DNA from: Lachnospiraceae bacterium
GTDB lineage: Bacteria > Bacillota > Clostridia > Lachnospirales > Lachnospiraceae
DNA: 64,000 bases
Reading direction: 5' to 3'
Assembly: GCA_024694625.1 (NCBI GenBank)
Contig: JAILJP010000114.1
Location: 10,160-74,159, forward strand
Part shown: in pieces, positions 10,642 through 19,528 of the stretch
How the letters are laid out: each line of letters opens with the position of its first letter
Position numbering within the stretch: position 1 is the stretch's first letter
Notes under the pieces: model-generated
The model's database searches: none
What the model was told of the DNA's origin: nothing
The model's input: only the letters and a program-made list of their open reading frames with translations
Translations under genes and position numbers: made by a program

Positions 10642-11682
10642 CTACATTAGTTTTGATATATCACTAATCATAACAACAATCATAAGGGTCATCAATAAGG
10701 CAAATCCCACAAGATTTATGGCCCCTTCAATTCGTTCATCTAACTTCTTACGAAGAATACCTTCGATAATAAAGATCAAAAGTCTTCCACCGTCCAAGGC
10801 GGGGATTGGCAACAAGTTCATTACGCCAAGGTTTGCGGAAAGCAAAATGGCGATACTGATCATTTGCATTACGGTAACAAATACGCCATAATGCGTAGCC
10901 TCTGTATAGCTGTCTCCAATGGTTTTTACGATGCCCACCGGTCCGGACATATCTGATACGTTTAATTGACCGGAAAACAGCATTTTCAGGCTTTGTAGGG
11001 CAACATAAATCTGATAACGGATTTCATAGAAGGAATACTTAATTACGGAGAACGCATTCCCCTTTACTCTGGTAGAGTTCCCCTGAATTCCCAAGAAATA
11101 GCGCCCGCTTTCTTCATCATAGGAAGGAGTAAGGGTTGTATGGTAAGTGCTTCCGTCACGAAGATATTCCACATCTAAGGTCTCTCCGGCATGGAAAAAA
11201 GTATAAATACTGATTTCACTGTAAAAATGAATATCAAATCCGTTAAATGAACGAATCTCATCTCCAGGAAGAAGTCCGGCTTCTTCGGCAGGGTATCCTT
11301 CCATAAGGTTTTCTACTACTGGGGCATCATATCCCAAAGATCCAATAAAAATGAGGGATAATAAAAAGGCCAAAATAAAGTTAAACAAAGGTCCGGCAGC
11401 TACAATTAAAAACTTTTGCCATAGTGGTTTTTTATTAAAGGCCCTTTCATCACTGCTTTCTTCGTCTTCGCCTTCCATAACACAGCTTCCACCAAAAGGG
11501 AGCAAATTGAGACAAAACTTGGTCTCCTTTCCCTGAATGGAAAACAGTGTGGGTCCTAAGCCAAGGGTAAATTCGTTAACACGGACGTCAAATGCTTTGG
11601 CTACTGAAAAGTGACCAAGCTCATGAAAAATAATAATAAAACTAAAAATTAATATGGCTACAATAATGCTAACAACAGACAC
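10642..11682 (-). CDS. rseP: RIP (site-2) zinc metalloprotease RseP/RasP
   Basis: HELGH motif in TM1, a PDZ segment (GYPAEEAGLLPGDEI) and C-terminal NLLPIPALDGG. Confidence 0.9.
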   Translation of the reverse strand: MSVVSIIVAILIFSFIIIFHELGHFSVAKAFDVRVNEFTLGLGPTLFSIQGKETKFCLNLLPFGGSCVMEGEDEESSDERAFNKKPLWQKFLIVAAGPLFNFILAFLLSLIFIGSLGYDAPVVENLMEGYPAEEAGLLPGDEIRSFNGFDIHFYSEISIYTFFHAGETLDVEYLRDGSTYHTTLTPSYDEESGRYFLGIQGNSTRVKGNAFSVIKYSFYEIRYQIYVALQSLKMLFSGQLNVSDMSGPVGIVKTIGDSYTEATHYGVFVTVMQMISIAILLSANLGVMNLLPIPALDGGRLLIFIIEGILRKKLDERIEGAINLVGFALLMTLMIVVMISDISKLM

Positions 11683-11693
11683 GATCCTTCTCC

Positions 11694-12836
11694 TTATAAG
11701 ATGGTTTTAATAAAATCGTAGGTTTCTTTTTCGGTATTTAAAATATCTTCCAATGAAGGATTTTGGATGTACTCTACTTCTGCCATGGCGGCTGCAATGG
11801 TTTCCGGTATTTGTAAGAAACGAATTTCTTTGTTTAAAAACATGGCAACTGCCTTTTCGTTTGCAGCGTTAAATACGGTAGGGGTATTTCCTCCTGCGTT
11901 CATGGCTTCAAAGGCAAGCTGGAGTCCGAAAAATGTTTCAAAATCAGGCTTTTCGAACTCTAAGGTACCGATATCAAATAAATCTAACTTATCACCGCTT
12001 AAGGGCTGACGATAGGGATAATACAACGCATACAAAATAGGAAGTCTCATATCCGGAGTTCCCATTTGTCCAATGATGGCGCCGTCTTCAAATTCTACAG
12101 CGGAATGTAAAATACTCTGGGGATGAACGGTAACCTGAATCCTAGAGATGGGCACATCAAACAGCCATCTTGCTTCCATTACTTCCAATCCTTTATTTAC
12201 CATAGTTGCAGAATCGATGGTTATCTTTTTGCCCATGGACCAGTTGGGATGCTTTAAAGCATCTTCAAGGGTAACATTTTCCAACTCTTCATAAGTCTTT
12301 CCCCGAAAAGGTCCGCCGGATGCGGTAAGTAAAATCTTTTCGATCTTTGCGTCTTTTGAGCCCTGTAAGGACTGAAAAATAGCGGAATGCTCAGAATCTA
12401 CAGGTAAAATTTTAACGCCGTATTCTTTGGCCATAGGCATGATAAGATGACCTGCGGTAACCAAAGTTTCTTTGTTTGCCAGGGCAATATCTTTTTTGGC
12501 CTGAATTGCCGCAATGGTAGGACGCAATCCAATCATACCCACAATGGCGGTTACAAGAATTTCAGATGAAGGAATGGTTGCTACTTCAATCAATCCTTCC
12601 ATTCCGTAAACCACACGAATATTCAAATCTTTTAATTTGATTTCCAAATCCTTCGCATCGGATTCCTCTGATACACAAACAAGTTCAGGCTTGTATTTTC
12701 TGGCCTGTTTTTCTATTAAAGCAATGTTTTTACCACAGCTAAGGGCTACAACGTTTAAATCATTTTTTTCATCCACGATGGATAATGTTTGTGTTCCAAT
12801 GGATCCGGTGGATCCTAAAATAGCTATGTTCTTCAA
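11694..12836 (-). CDS. dxr: 1-deoxy-D-xylulose 5-phosphate reductoisomerase
   Basis: Motifs LGSTGSIGTQTL, LANKETLV, DSEHSAIFQ and NAANE. Confidence 0.95.
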   Translation of the reverse strand: MKNIAILGSTGSIGTQTLSIVDEKNDLNVVALSCGKNIALIEKQARKYKPELVCVSEESDAKDLEIKLKDLNIRVVYGMEGLIEVATIPSSEILVTAIVGMIGLRPTIAAIQAKKDIALANKETLVTAGHLIMPMAKEYGVKILPVDSEHSAIFQSLQGSKDAKIEKILLTASGGPFRGKTYEELENVTLEDALKHPNWSMGKKITIDSATMVNKGLEVMEARWLFDVPISRIQVTVHPQSILHSAVEFEDGAIIGQMGTPDMRLPILYALYYPYRQPLSGDKLDLFDIGTLEFEKPDFETFFGLQLAFEAMNAGGNTPTVFNAANEKAVAMFLNKEIRFLQIPETIAAAMAEVEYIQNPSLEDILNTEKETYDFIKTIL

Positions 12837-13633
12837 ATGAAGCCTCCTAAATAAAAGATAATAGGCGCGGTAATGATGACACTGTCGAATCGATCCAAGA
12901 TACCGCCGTGGCCGGGAATCAGTTTTCCGTAGTCTTTGATATCGTTATTTCGCTTAATAGCAGATGCGGCTAAATCTCCAATCATAGAGATCAAAGCTCC
13001 AAGCATTGCTCCACAGCTTAACACTATAATTTTGGTGGTATCAATATTCATTGCGTCTTTAAAAATGTAGGTAAAAATTGCGGTTAACAAAGCAGAACCC
13101 AACACGCCGCCAACTGCTCCTTCGATGGATTTTTTGGGGCTTAAAACAGGTGCCATTTTGTGTTTTCCAAATAAAACACCCACGCAATAAGCACAGGTAT
13201 CACTGCCCCATGAACAAAGGAAAATCAACCATACTAAGTACTGGCCAACCCCTTCGATCATTCGGGTTTGATAAATATAGGATAACATAACAGCTACATA
13301 AAATATGCCGAAATAGGATGCCATAAATTCCCGAATTTCGTATTTGGGATAGCGAAATACATAAAAGCCTAATAATACGATTAAAAAGCCAATTAAAATA
13401 GGGAAGGTAAATCCTTTAGGCAACAGGGAAATAGAGGCATAATATAAGACACAAGCCACATATCCTACATATCCCAAGGAATGATTGTGAATTTTAAATA
13501 CTCTGTAAAACTCAAACAATCCGATTAAAGAAATTACAAGCGTAGATCCCAACAATATGTATCCACCACTGATAATAAAAAATAATGCCAATATAACCAG
13601 AACAATTCCTGATAACAATCTTGTTTTAAACAT
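12833..13633 (-). CDS. cdsA: phosphatidate cytidylyltransferase
   Basis: Polytopic membrane protein with the CDS signature SAIKRNNDIKDYGKLIPGHGGILDRFDS. Confidence 0.9.
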   Translation of the reverse strand: MFKTRLLSGIVLVILALFFIISGGYILLGSTLVISLIGLFEFYRVFKIHNHSLGYVGYVACVLYYASISLLPKGFTFPILIGFLIVLLGFYVFRYPKYEIREFMASYFGIFYVAVMLSYIYQTRMIEGVGQYLVWLIFLCSWGSDTCAYCVGVLFGKHKMAPVLSPKKSIEGAVGGVLGSALLTAIFTYIFKDAMNIDTTKIIVLSCGAMLGALISMIGDLAASAIKRNNDIKDYGKLIPGHGGILDRFDSVIITAPIIFYLGGFI

Positions 13634-13644
13634 TTGAAAACTCC

Positions 13645-14343
13645 TTAAACTTTTCCATATCTTCTGTCACGATTCATATAAGCTTCCACAGCTTCTTTCA
13701 GCTCTTTTTCATGGAAATCGGGCCAGGGAACTTCTGTAAAGTAAAATTCCGCGTACGCCAACTGCCAAAGCAAATAATTGGATAACCGTTGCTCTCCGCT
13801 GGTTCGAATCATAAGATCCGGGTCCGGAATGTCTTTGGTATCTAAATAAGATGACAAAACCTCTTCCGTTAATGGCAATGAGACGTTGTTTTTCTGTAAA
13901 TCATCAATGTATTTGTTAACTCCTCGAACAATCTCGTCACGACTGCCGTAGTTTAAGGCAATCTGCATATTTAAGCCGTCAAAATCTTTGGAGTACTCTT
14001 CCAAATCTTTGATTTTTTCCTGCATGGAGGTCGTGAATTTTGTAATGTCTCCGATAATGCGAACTCTCATATTGTTGTTTTTGGCCAGCTTTTTACAGGT
14101 TTTCATATAGCTTTCCAATAAATCCATTAATGCTTCCACCTCGTTATCCGGACGATTCCAGTTTTCAGTGGAAAAGGCATAAAAGGTAATGTATTTAATT
14201 CCTAAATTATGAGCTGCGCGACAGATGGGCTCAACGTTTTTCGCTCCCATGGTATGTCCATAGGTTCTGGGCATGCCCTTGCTTTTGGCCCAACGTCCGT
14301 TTCCGTCCAAAATAATAGCTACATGCTGTGGAATATTACTCAT
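13645..14343 (-). CDS. uppS: isoprenyl transferase (undecaprenyl diphosphate synthase)
   Basis: Motifs HVAIILDGNGRWA, FSTENWNRP and RTSGEQRLSNYLLWQLAYAEF. Confidence 0.95.
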   Translation of the reverse strand: MSNIPQHVAIILDGNGRWAKSKGMPRTYGHTMGAKNVEPICRAAHNLGIKYITFYAFSTENWNRPDNEVEALMDLLESYMKTCKKLAKNNNMRVRIIGDITKFTTSMQEKIKDLEEYSKDFDGLNMQIALNYGSRDEIVRGVNKYIDDLQKNNVSLPLTEEVLSSYLDTKDIPDPDLMIRTSGEQRLSNYLLWQLAYAEFYFTEVPWPDFHEKELKEAVEAYMNRDRRYGKV

Positions 14344-14354
14344 AAATATCCTCC

Positions 14355-14388
14355 TAAAGAAAAAGAGTTTCGCAAAAGCGAAACTCTT
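14355..14388 (-). terminator. rho-independent terminator after frr
   Basis: The transcript reads AAGAGUUUCGC-UUUU-GCGAAACUCUU (perfect 11-bp stem) followed by UUUCUUU, which runs straight into the uppS AGGAGG. Confidence 0.8.
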
Positions 14389-14392
14389 GGTT

Positions 14393-14944
14393 TTAAACTG
14401 TCATAATTTCCTTTGATTTCGTCTCTACTGCACTGTCAATCTTTGCAATATAAGAATCGGTAAGCTTTTGAACTTCATTTTCCAATTCTTTGATTTCATC
14501 TTCAGAAATATCTTCTTTTGAAAGCTTCTTGAAAGAGTCGTTTGCGTCACGACGAATATTTCGAATGGCTACTTTTGCGTTTTCGCCACGTTTTTTTACG
14601 TCCTTTGCCAATTCTTTACGACGTTCTTCTGTAAGCTCTGGAAATACCAAGCGAATTACTTTACCGTCATTGGTAGGATTGATTCCTACATCGGAAGTAA
14701 GAATCGCTTTTTCGATTTCCTTTAACATGGAAGGTTCCCAGGGAGCAATCTGAATTAAACGAGGCTCGGGAACGGATACGTTTGCAACCGCCTGAATATT
14801 GCTGGGCGCTCCGTAATAATCAACCATTACGTTGTCTAATACGTGAGGATTTGCTCTTCCTGCACGAATAGATGCATATTCATTTAACAATGACTCATAT
14901 GACTTTGTCATCTTGGTATCATAAGGTACTAATCTTTCGTCCAA
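14393..14944 (-). CDS. frr: ribosome recycling factor
   Basis: 183 aa with RRF pattern IRAGRANPHVLDNVMVDYYG and AIRNIRRDAND, in a pyrH-frr-uppS context. Confidence 0.95.
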   Translation of the reverse strand: MDERLVPYDTKMTKSYESLLNEYASIRAGRANPHVLDNVMVDYYGAPSNIQAVANVSVPEPRLIQIAPWEPSMLKEIEKAILTSDVGINPTNDGKVIRLVFPELTEERRKELAKDVKKRGENAKVAIRNIRRDANDSFKKLSKEDISEDEIKELENEVQKLTDSYIAKIDSAVETKSKEIMTV

Positions 14945-14955
14945 AACAATCCCTC

Positions 14956-15651
14956 CTATACAGTAACAATGGTTCCGTTAAAGTTACCGGATACTGCTTT
15001 CACAATGCTGTCCTCTTCCTGTAAAGCAAATACATAAAGAGGCATTTTGTTTTCCATACACATAATGGAAGCTGTTAAATCCATAACCTGAAGCTTTTGA
15101 GCGATTACTTCATCAATGGAAATCTTGTCATATCTCTTGGCGTTGGGATTGGTCTTAGGATCACTGTCGTAGATTCCGTCAACAGCCTTTGCCAATAAAA
15201 TATAATCAGCTTCAATTTCAATTGCTCTCAAAGATGTGCCGGTATCTGTTGAAAAATAAGGATGACCGGTTCCACCTGCAAAGAAACATACCTTTCCCCC
15301 TGCAAAGCATTCGTTGGCTAAATCTTTTGAGAAAAGCTTTGTAAATGCTCCACATGCAAATGGTGTCATAATTTCGGTTTTTAAACCAACAGAACGGAAA
15401 ATCTCTGAAACGTAAAGGCAATTCATAACAGTTGCCAACATACCGATTTGGTCAGCCTTTGTTCGGTCGATGGTTTCGGATGTACGTCCTCTCCAGAAGT
15501 TTCCTCCGCCGATAACAATACCGACTTCGTTTCCCTGTTCAATAATTTTTTTAACCTGATTGGCTACTTTTAAACAGCTGGCTTCGTCAAATCCGGTCTT
15601 TTTTTCGCCGGCTAAAGCTTCGCCACTAAGTTTCAATAAAATTCGACTCAT
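14956..15651 (-). CDS. pyrH: UMP kinase
   Basis: Motifs RILLKLSGEAL and GIVIGGGNFWRG, with the amino-acid kinase fold. Confidence 0.95.
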   Translation of the reverse strand: MSRILLKLSGEALAGEKKTGFDEASCLKVANQVKKIIEQGNEVGIVIGGGNFWRGRTSETIDRTKADQIGMLATVMNCLYVSEIFRSVGLKTEIMTPFACGAFTKLFSKDLANECFAGGKVCFFAGGTGHPYFSTDTGTSLRAIEIEADYILLAKAVDGIYDSDPKTNPNAKRYDKISIDEVIAQKLQVMDLTASIMCMENKMPLYVFALQEEDSIVKAVSGNFNGTIVTV

Positions 15652-15664
15652 AACTTACTCCAAA

Positions 15665-16465
15665 TTACTTTCCGAATACGCTTGCAACGTCAACGTCTGC
15701 ATAAGCCTGAGAACAGAAACCTTCAATAACAGCACCGTTGTTAATCTGAACAGAACGGGATTTGATATTACCCATAACTACTGCAGATGTATCAACAACA
15801 ACAGGACCCTGAACATCAATATCACCCTTTACAGCACCTGCGATTACAGCGCTTGTTGCGGAAATATTTCCAACGACTACAGAACCAACGCCAACCTTAA
15901 CAGTACCGGATGTAGCAACTTCACCTTCAATCTTTGCGTTGTCTGCAAAGAATTCAGAAGAAGCACTGTTACCAACAATAGTACCGGTTACAGTAAGTTT
16001 TCCGTTACATCTAACGTTTCCGTTGATGGTACCTTCTACATCGATAGATCCGGTAGAATCCAAATCACCGGTAATCTTCATTCCCTTAGTAATAATAGCG
16101 TTTTCATCAGAAGCGGGAGCTGAAGTTTCAACTGTATTTACAATAGCTGCTGCTTTCTCTAATTCCATAGTATCGTTTGTGTCCATTTTAATCTCCTCCG
16201 TATATGTAATAGGCTCTTCTTTTACGATTGTTTCTTTGGCAAAATCAGATGATGATGTAACCTTGGGGGCTACGCGTTCTCCCTCTTCTACCTTCTTAGA
16301 TGCTTTTTCTAACAAACCATCTAATTTGGAAAGTTCAGAATTCACATCAACATCATTATCCAATGTATTGACCATAACTTCTTCTTCCGGTAAAGTTTCT
16401 CCACCGGGAATTAATTCGTCAACCGCATCAGAAAAATCCTCTTTAAACTCTTTAAAGAATCCCAT
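15665..16465 (-). CDS. bactofilin-family polymer-forming protein with a long acidic N-terminal extension
   Basis: The C-terminal ~130 aa shows the repetitive bactofilin (DUF583) beta-helix pattern (ITGDLDSTGSIDVEGTINGNVRCNGKLTVTGTIVGN...VKGDIDVQGPVVVDTSAVVMGNIKSRSVQINNGAVIEG). The N-terminal ~130 aa is D/E-rich and starts MGFFKEFKEDF. Confidence 0.75.
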   Translation of the reverse strand: MGFFKEFKEDFSDAVDELIPGGETLPEEEVMVNTLDNDVDVNSELSKLDGLLEKASKKVEEGERVAPKVTSSSDFAKETIVKEEPITYTEEIKMDTNDTMELEKAAAIVNTVETSAPASDENAIITKGMKITGDLDSTGSIDVEGTINGNVRCNGKLTVTGTIVGNSASSEFFADNAKIEGEVATSGTVKVGVGSVVVGNISATSAVIAGAVKGDIDVQGPVVVDTSAVVMGNIKSRSVQINNGAVIEGFCSQAYADVDVASVFGK

Positions 16466-16485
16466 TTATATTTACCTCCATTTAG

Positions 16486-17412
16486 TTATTCCTTATTATT
16501 GGCAATTGTCACATGTTGAATCATTTCAGTATCTTCACTAACGGGAAGAATTAAAGCTCCGATTCCCTGTAATTGCTCTATTAATTTCGGCAGTGCTTCT
16601 ACCGTTGCATTCTTATTATCTGCATCATGCATTAAAACTACCGACGTTTTGTATTTTACCACATCAGACATGACGTTTTCAACCAAATCATCGGAGGAAT
16701 ATGCAACACTTGTCGCGTCTCCACTGGCCACATTCCAATCCAAATAACGGATGCCTTGATCATTTAAGTATTTGATGTATTCTGTCATATCCGCGTTGCT
16801 AACCTGGTTGGAGCTTCCTCCGGGAAATCGATACAAATCACATTCTACACCGGTGGTATCATAAATCAGGTTTTGAATACGTTCCAAATCAGATTGGAAT
16901 GTATCCAATGAAGAATACAAAGCGGAATAATTGTGAGAATAGGAATGCATTGCTATGGTATGACCTTCGTCAACAATTCGTTTATAGACGGCAAGAGAAT
17001 GTTCATCCTCTCGCCCTACCACAAAAAAAGTGGCTTTGACATTATAATCATCTAAAATATTAAGGATTTCATCGGAATTACTGCTGGGACCATCGTCAAA
17101 GGTGAGATAAACTTTTAAAGTATCTCCGGCTTGGGCCAGATTTTCTTCGGCAGTGGCAGAATAATTGGCCAACGCAAGACTATCCGAATCACCGTCTTTG
17201 TAAGTAAGCTCAGATGAGTTCTCTTCCAGTTTTGCTGATATTTCGTTTAACTGCTTCTGCAAAGAAAATACCTTAAAGGTTAGCAATCCGATTGCTAAAA
17301 TGGAAATTAAAATCCAACTGGTAATAAAAGTGACAATGAAAGTTTTCATTCGTTTCACTCTTTTTCTTTTTGCCCGAAGTACATCAATATTTTGTTTTTG
17401 CTGAGCATCCAT
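16486..17412 (-). CDS. membrane-anchored NodB-type polysaccharide (peptidoglycan?) deacetylase
   Basis: N-terminal basic stretch plus one TM (FIVTFITSWILISILAIGLL). All five NodB motifs are present: TFDDG, HSYSH, YRFPGG, LDWN and VLMHD. Confidence 0.8.
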   Translation of the reverse strand: MDAQQKQNIDVLRAKRKRVKRMKTFIVTFITSWILISILAIGLLTFKVFSLQKQLNEISAKLEENSSELTYKDGDSDSLALANYSATAEENLAQAGDTLKVYLTFDDGPSSNSDEILNILDDYNVKATFFVVGREDEHSLAVYKRIVDEGHTIAMHSYSHNYSALYSSLDTFQSDLERIQNLIYDTTGVECDLYRFPGGSSNQVSNADMTEYIKYLNDQGIRYLDWNVASGDATSVAYSSDDLVENVMSDVVKYKTSVVLMHDADNKNATVEALPKLIEQLQGIGALILPVSEDTEMIQHVTIANNKE

Positions 17413-17436
17413 GTGTGCAGACTCCTTATCACTAAT

Positions 17437-17472
17437 TTACAAAAGGCACTATATTTAAAATATAGTGCCTTT
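17437..17472 (-). terminator. rho-independent terminator after tsf
   Basis: A perfect 13-bp inverted repeat AAAGGCACUAUAU-UUUAA-AUAUAGUGCCUUU followed by UGUAAAUU. The lower A-U pairs supply the U-tract. Confidence 0.8.
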
Positions 17473-17495
17473 CGAAATAATCAAAATATCTTTTT

Positions 17496-18575
17496 TTATT
17501 GGCCCATCTGTTTTGCAACTTCTTCAGCGAAGTTTTCTTCTTTCTTTTCAAGACCTTCACCGGTTTCAAAACGTACCATATCTGTAATAACAAGATCCTT
17601 GTTAACGGATTCAAGATATTTAGCAACACTCTGCTTTCCGTCTTCAGCCTTAACATAAACCTGATCAAGCAAGCAAATATCTTTGTACTGCTTGTTGATA
17701 CGTCCTGTTAAAAGGTTTGTGAAAATCTTGTTTTCAAAAATGCTAGCCTGATTTTCCTGAGCAAGAGTAACAAGAGCTGCTTTTGCTTCGTTGGAAAGGA
17801 AGTTAGGAAGATAATTCATGTTGGACTTCTTCTCTTCGAAGATAGCCTTATCTTCATCACTCCATACAGCCTGTGCCTTATCAAATAAATCATTCAAAAT
17901 AGGCTTAGGCAAAGAGAAAGGATCGCTTAAAGCGTTCTGACGAACGATTTCTTCAATCTTAACCTTTTCATCAGCAGAAATATCATCTTCAGAGATGTAC
18001 TGAGGATTCATAGCTGCGATCTGCATTGCGATGTTTGCTAAAGCGTCCTTAGAAGCGTCATCGTTTCCGTTCTTTGCAGCAACCAAAACACCGATCTTTC
18101 CACCACCGTGAACATAAGAAACAACTGCATCACCAGAAATTTTCTTGAAACGACGGATGGTAAGGTTTTCACCAATCTTAGCAATTTTAGCTGTTAAAGC
18201 TTCCTGTACAGTTACGGAAGCATCTTCGTTCCAAGATTCAGCCGAAAATGCATCTATATCAGAAGCGCTGGAATTCAAAGCCTGTTTTGCAACAGCTGCA
18301 ACATAAGTCTTGAATTCTTCATTTTTTGCAACGAAATCTGTTTCTGAATTTACCTCAACGATTGCTGCGTTATTTCCTTCAACAGCAACATCACAAAGAC
18401 CTTCAGCTGCAATTCTGCCAGCCTTCTTCAGAGCCTTTGCCTGTCCGTTTTTCTGTAAAAACTCAACAGCTGCATCCATATTTCCGTCAGTCTCATTAAG
18501 AGCCTTTTTACAATCCATCATACCTGCGCCGGTAAGTTCGCGCAATTCTTTTACCATAGCTGCTGTAATAGCCAT
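17496..18575 (-). CDS. tsf: translation elongation factor Ts (unusually long, 359 aa)
   Basis: MAITAAMVKELRELTGAGMMDCKKAL (UBA-like N-terminus), EVNSETDFVAKN, ICLLDQ and C-terminal RFETGEGLEKK. It lies directly after rpsB. Confidence 0.95.
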   Translation of the reverse strand: MAITAAMVKELRELTGAGMMDCKKALNETDGNMDAAVEFLQKNGQAKALKKAGRIAAEGLCDVAVEGNNAAIVEVNSETDFVAKNEEFKTYVAAVAKQALNSSASDIDAFSAESWNEDASVTVQEALTAKIAKIGENLTIRRFKKISGDAVVSYVHGGGKIGVLVAAKNGNDDASKDALANIAMQIAAMNPQYISEDDISADEKVKIEEIVRQNALSDPFSLPKPILNDLFDKAQAVWSDEDKAIFEEKKSNMNYLPNFLSNEAKAALVTLAQENQASIFENKIFTNLLTGRINKQYKDICLLDQVYVKAEDGKQSVAKYLESVNKDLVITDMVRFETGEGLEKKEENFAEEVAKQMGQ

Positions 18576-18603
18576 TTTGTTTCCTCCTAGTCAATAATAA
18601 AAA

Positions 18604-19353
18604 TTACTCTTCTACTGCATCAAGTTCAGCGTCAGCTGCTGCGCTTTCAGCTTCGATATCTGTAACTTCAACACCCTGGTTTGCTTCGATAACAGCGTCT
18701 GCCATCTTAGAAACAATCAACTTAACGGCTCGGATAGCGTCGTCATTTCCGGGGATGATGTAATCTAATTCATCAGGATCACAGTTTGTATCAGCGATAC
18801 CAACGATAGTCAATCCAAGAGATTGAGCTTCCTGAATACAAATTCTTTCCTTCTTAGGATCTACAACGAAGATTGCATCAGGTAACTTCTTCATTTCCTT
18901 GATTCCGCCAAGGTTCTTCTGAAGTTTTTCCTGTTCCTTCTTTAAGTTGATAACTTCCTTCTTAGGAAGAACATCAAATGTTCCGTCTTCTTCCATCTTT
19001 TCGATTTTCTTAAGACGTTCAATTCTTGTCTGGATGGTCTTGAAGTTAGTAAGCATACCACCTAACCATCTCTCGTTTACATAGTACATTCCGCAACGAG
19101 CAGCTTCTGCAGCTACAGTTTCCTGAGCCTGTTTCTTTGTACCAACAAAAAGGATGGTACCTCCCTGAGAAACGATGTCGAAGATTGCATTGTAAGCATC
19201 ATCAACCATTCCTACAGACTTCTGAAGATCGATAATGTGGATACCGTTTCTTTCAGTATAGATGTAGGGAGCCATTTTAGGGTTCCATCTTCTTGTCTGA
19301 TGTCCAAAGTGAACACCTGCTTCTAATAATTGCTTCATTGAAATAACACTCAT
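18604..19353 (-). CDS. rpsB: 30S ribosomal protein S2
   Basis: [22 protein letters not shown] plus an acidic C-terminal tail. GGAGG sits 7 nt upstream of the ATG. Confidence 0.97.
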   Translation of the reverse strand: MSVISMKQLLEAGVHFGHQTRRWNPKMAPYIYTERNGIHIIDLQKSVGMVDDAYNAIFDIVSQGGTILFVGTKKQAQETVAAEAARCGMYYVNERWLGGMLTNFKTIQTRIERLKKIEKMEEDGTFDVLPKKEVINLKKEQEKLQKNLGGIKEMKKLPDAIFVVDPKKERICIQEAQSLGLTIVGIADTNCDPDELDYIIPGNDDAIRAVKLIVSKMADAVIEANQGVEVTDIEAESAAADAELDAVEE

Positions 19354-19463
19354 TTTCTTACCTCCATGGTTATTCTTCCATATGTTGTTTACGGCAAATC
19401 AAACCGATTTCGGCACCATCTTTTGCCGCCCAATCATATGTGTATAATATTAAAGCCTTTGGT

Positions 19464-19492
19464 AGTTTATCATAAGCCATGTAAAGATGCAA
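19464..19492 (-). promoter_or_regulatory. candidate sigma-A promoter of rpsB-tsf
   Basis: TTGCAT (19487-19492), a 17-bp spacer ending in TGA (extended -10), then TAAACT (19464-19469). It lies just downstream of the fla/che terminator and leaves a ~100-nt leader. Confidence 0.45.
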
Positions 19493-19493
19493 G

Positions 19494-19528
19494 GAAAAAA
19501 TGCCAATTCCCTAGTGGGAAATGGCATT
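19494..19528 (-). terminator. rho-independent terminator ending the fla/che transcription unit
   Basis: AAUGCCAUUUCCC-ACUA-GGGAAUUGGCAUU (13-bp stem, one U-U mismatch) followed by UUUUUUCC. The stem contains the stop codon of the 188-aa ORF. Confidence 0.85.

Noticed and set aside
15560-16541. Two long plus-strand ORFs (187 and 200 aa) antisense to the bactofilin gene and the pyrH 5' end
   Set aside because: The repetitive, stop-poor bactofilin coding sequence leaves the antisense frames open. The products are S/T/N low-complexity with no start context, on the opposite strand to every real gene in the window.
17413-17495. A dedicated promoter for the deacetylase-bactofilin pair overlapping the tsf terminator
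   Set aside because: The best match (TTCGAA-17-TATAGT) has a poor -35 and lies inside the terminator hairpin. I cannot support it, so expression may rely on read-through or on a promoter I cannot see.
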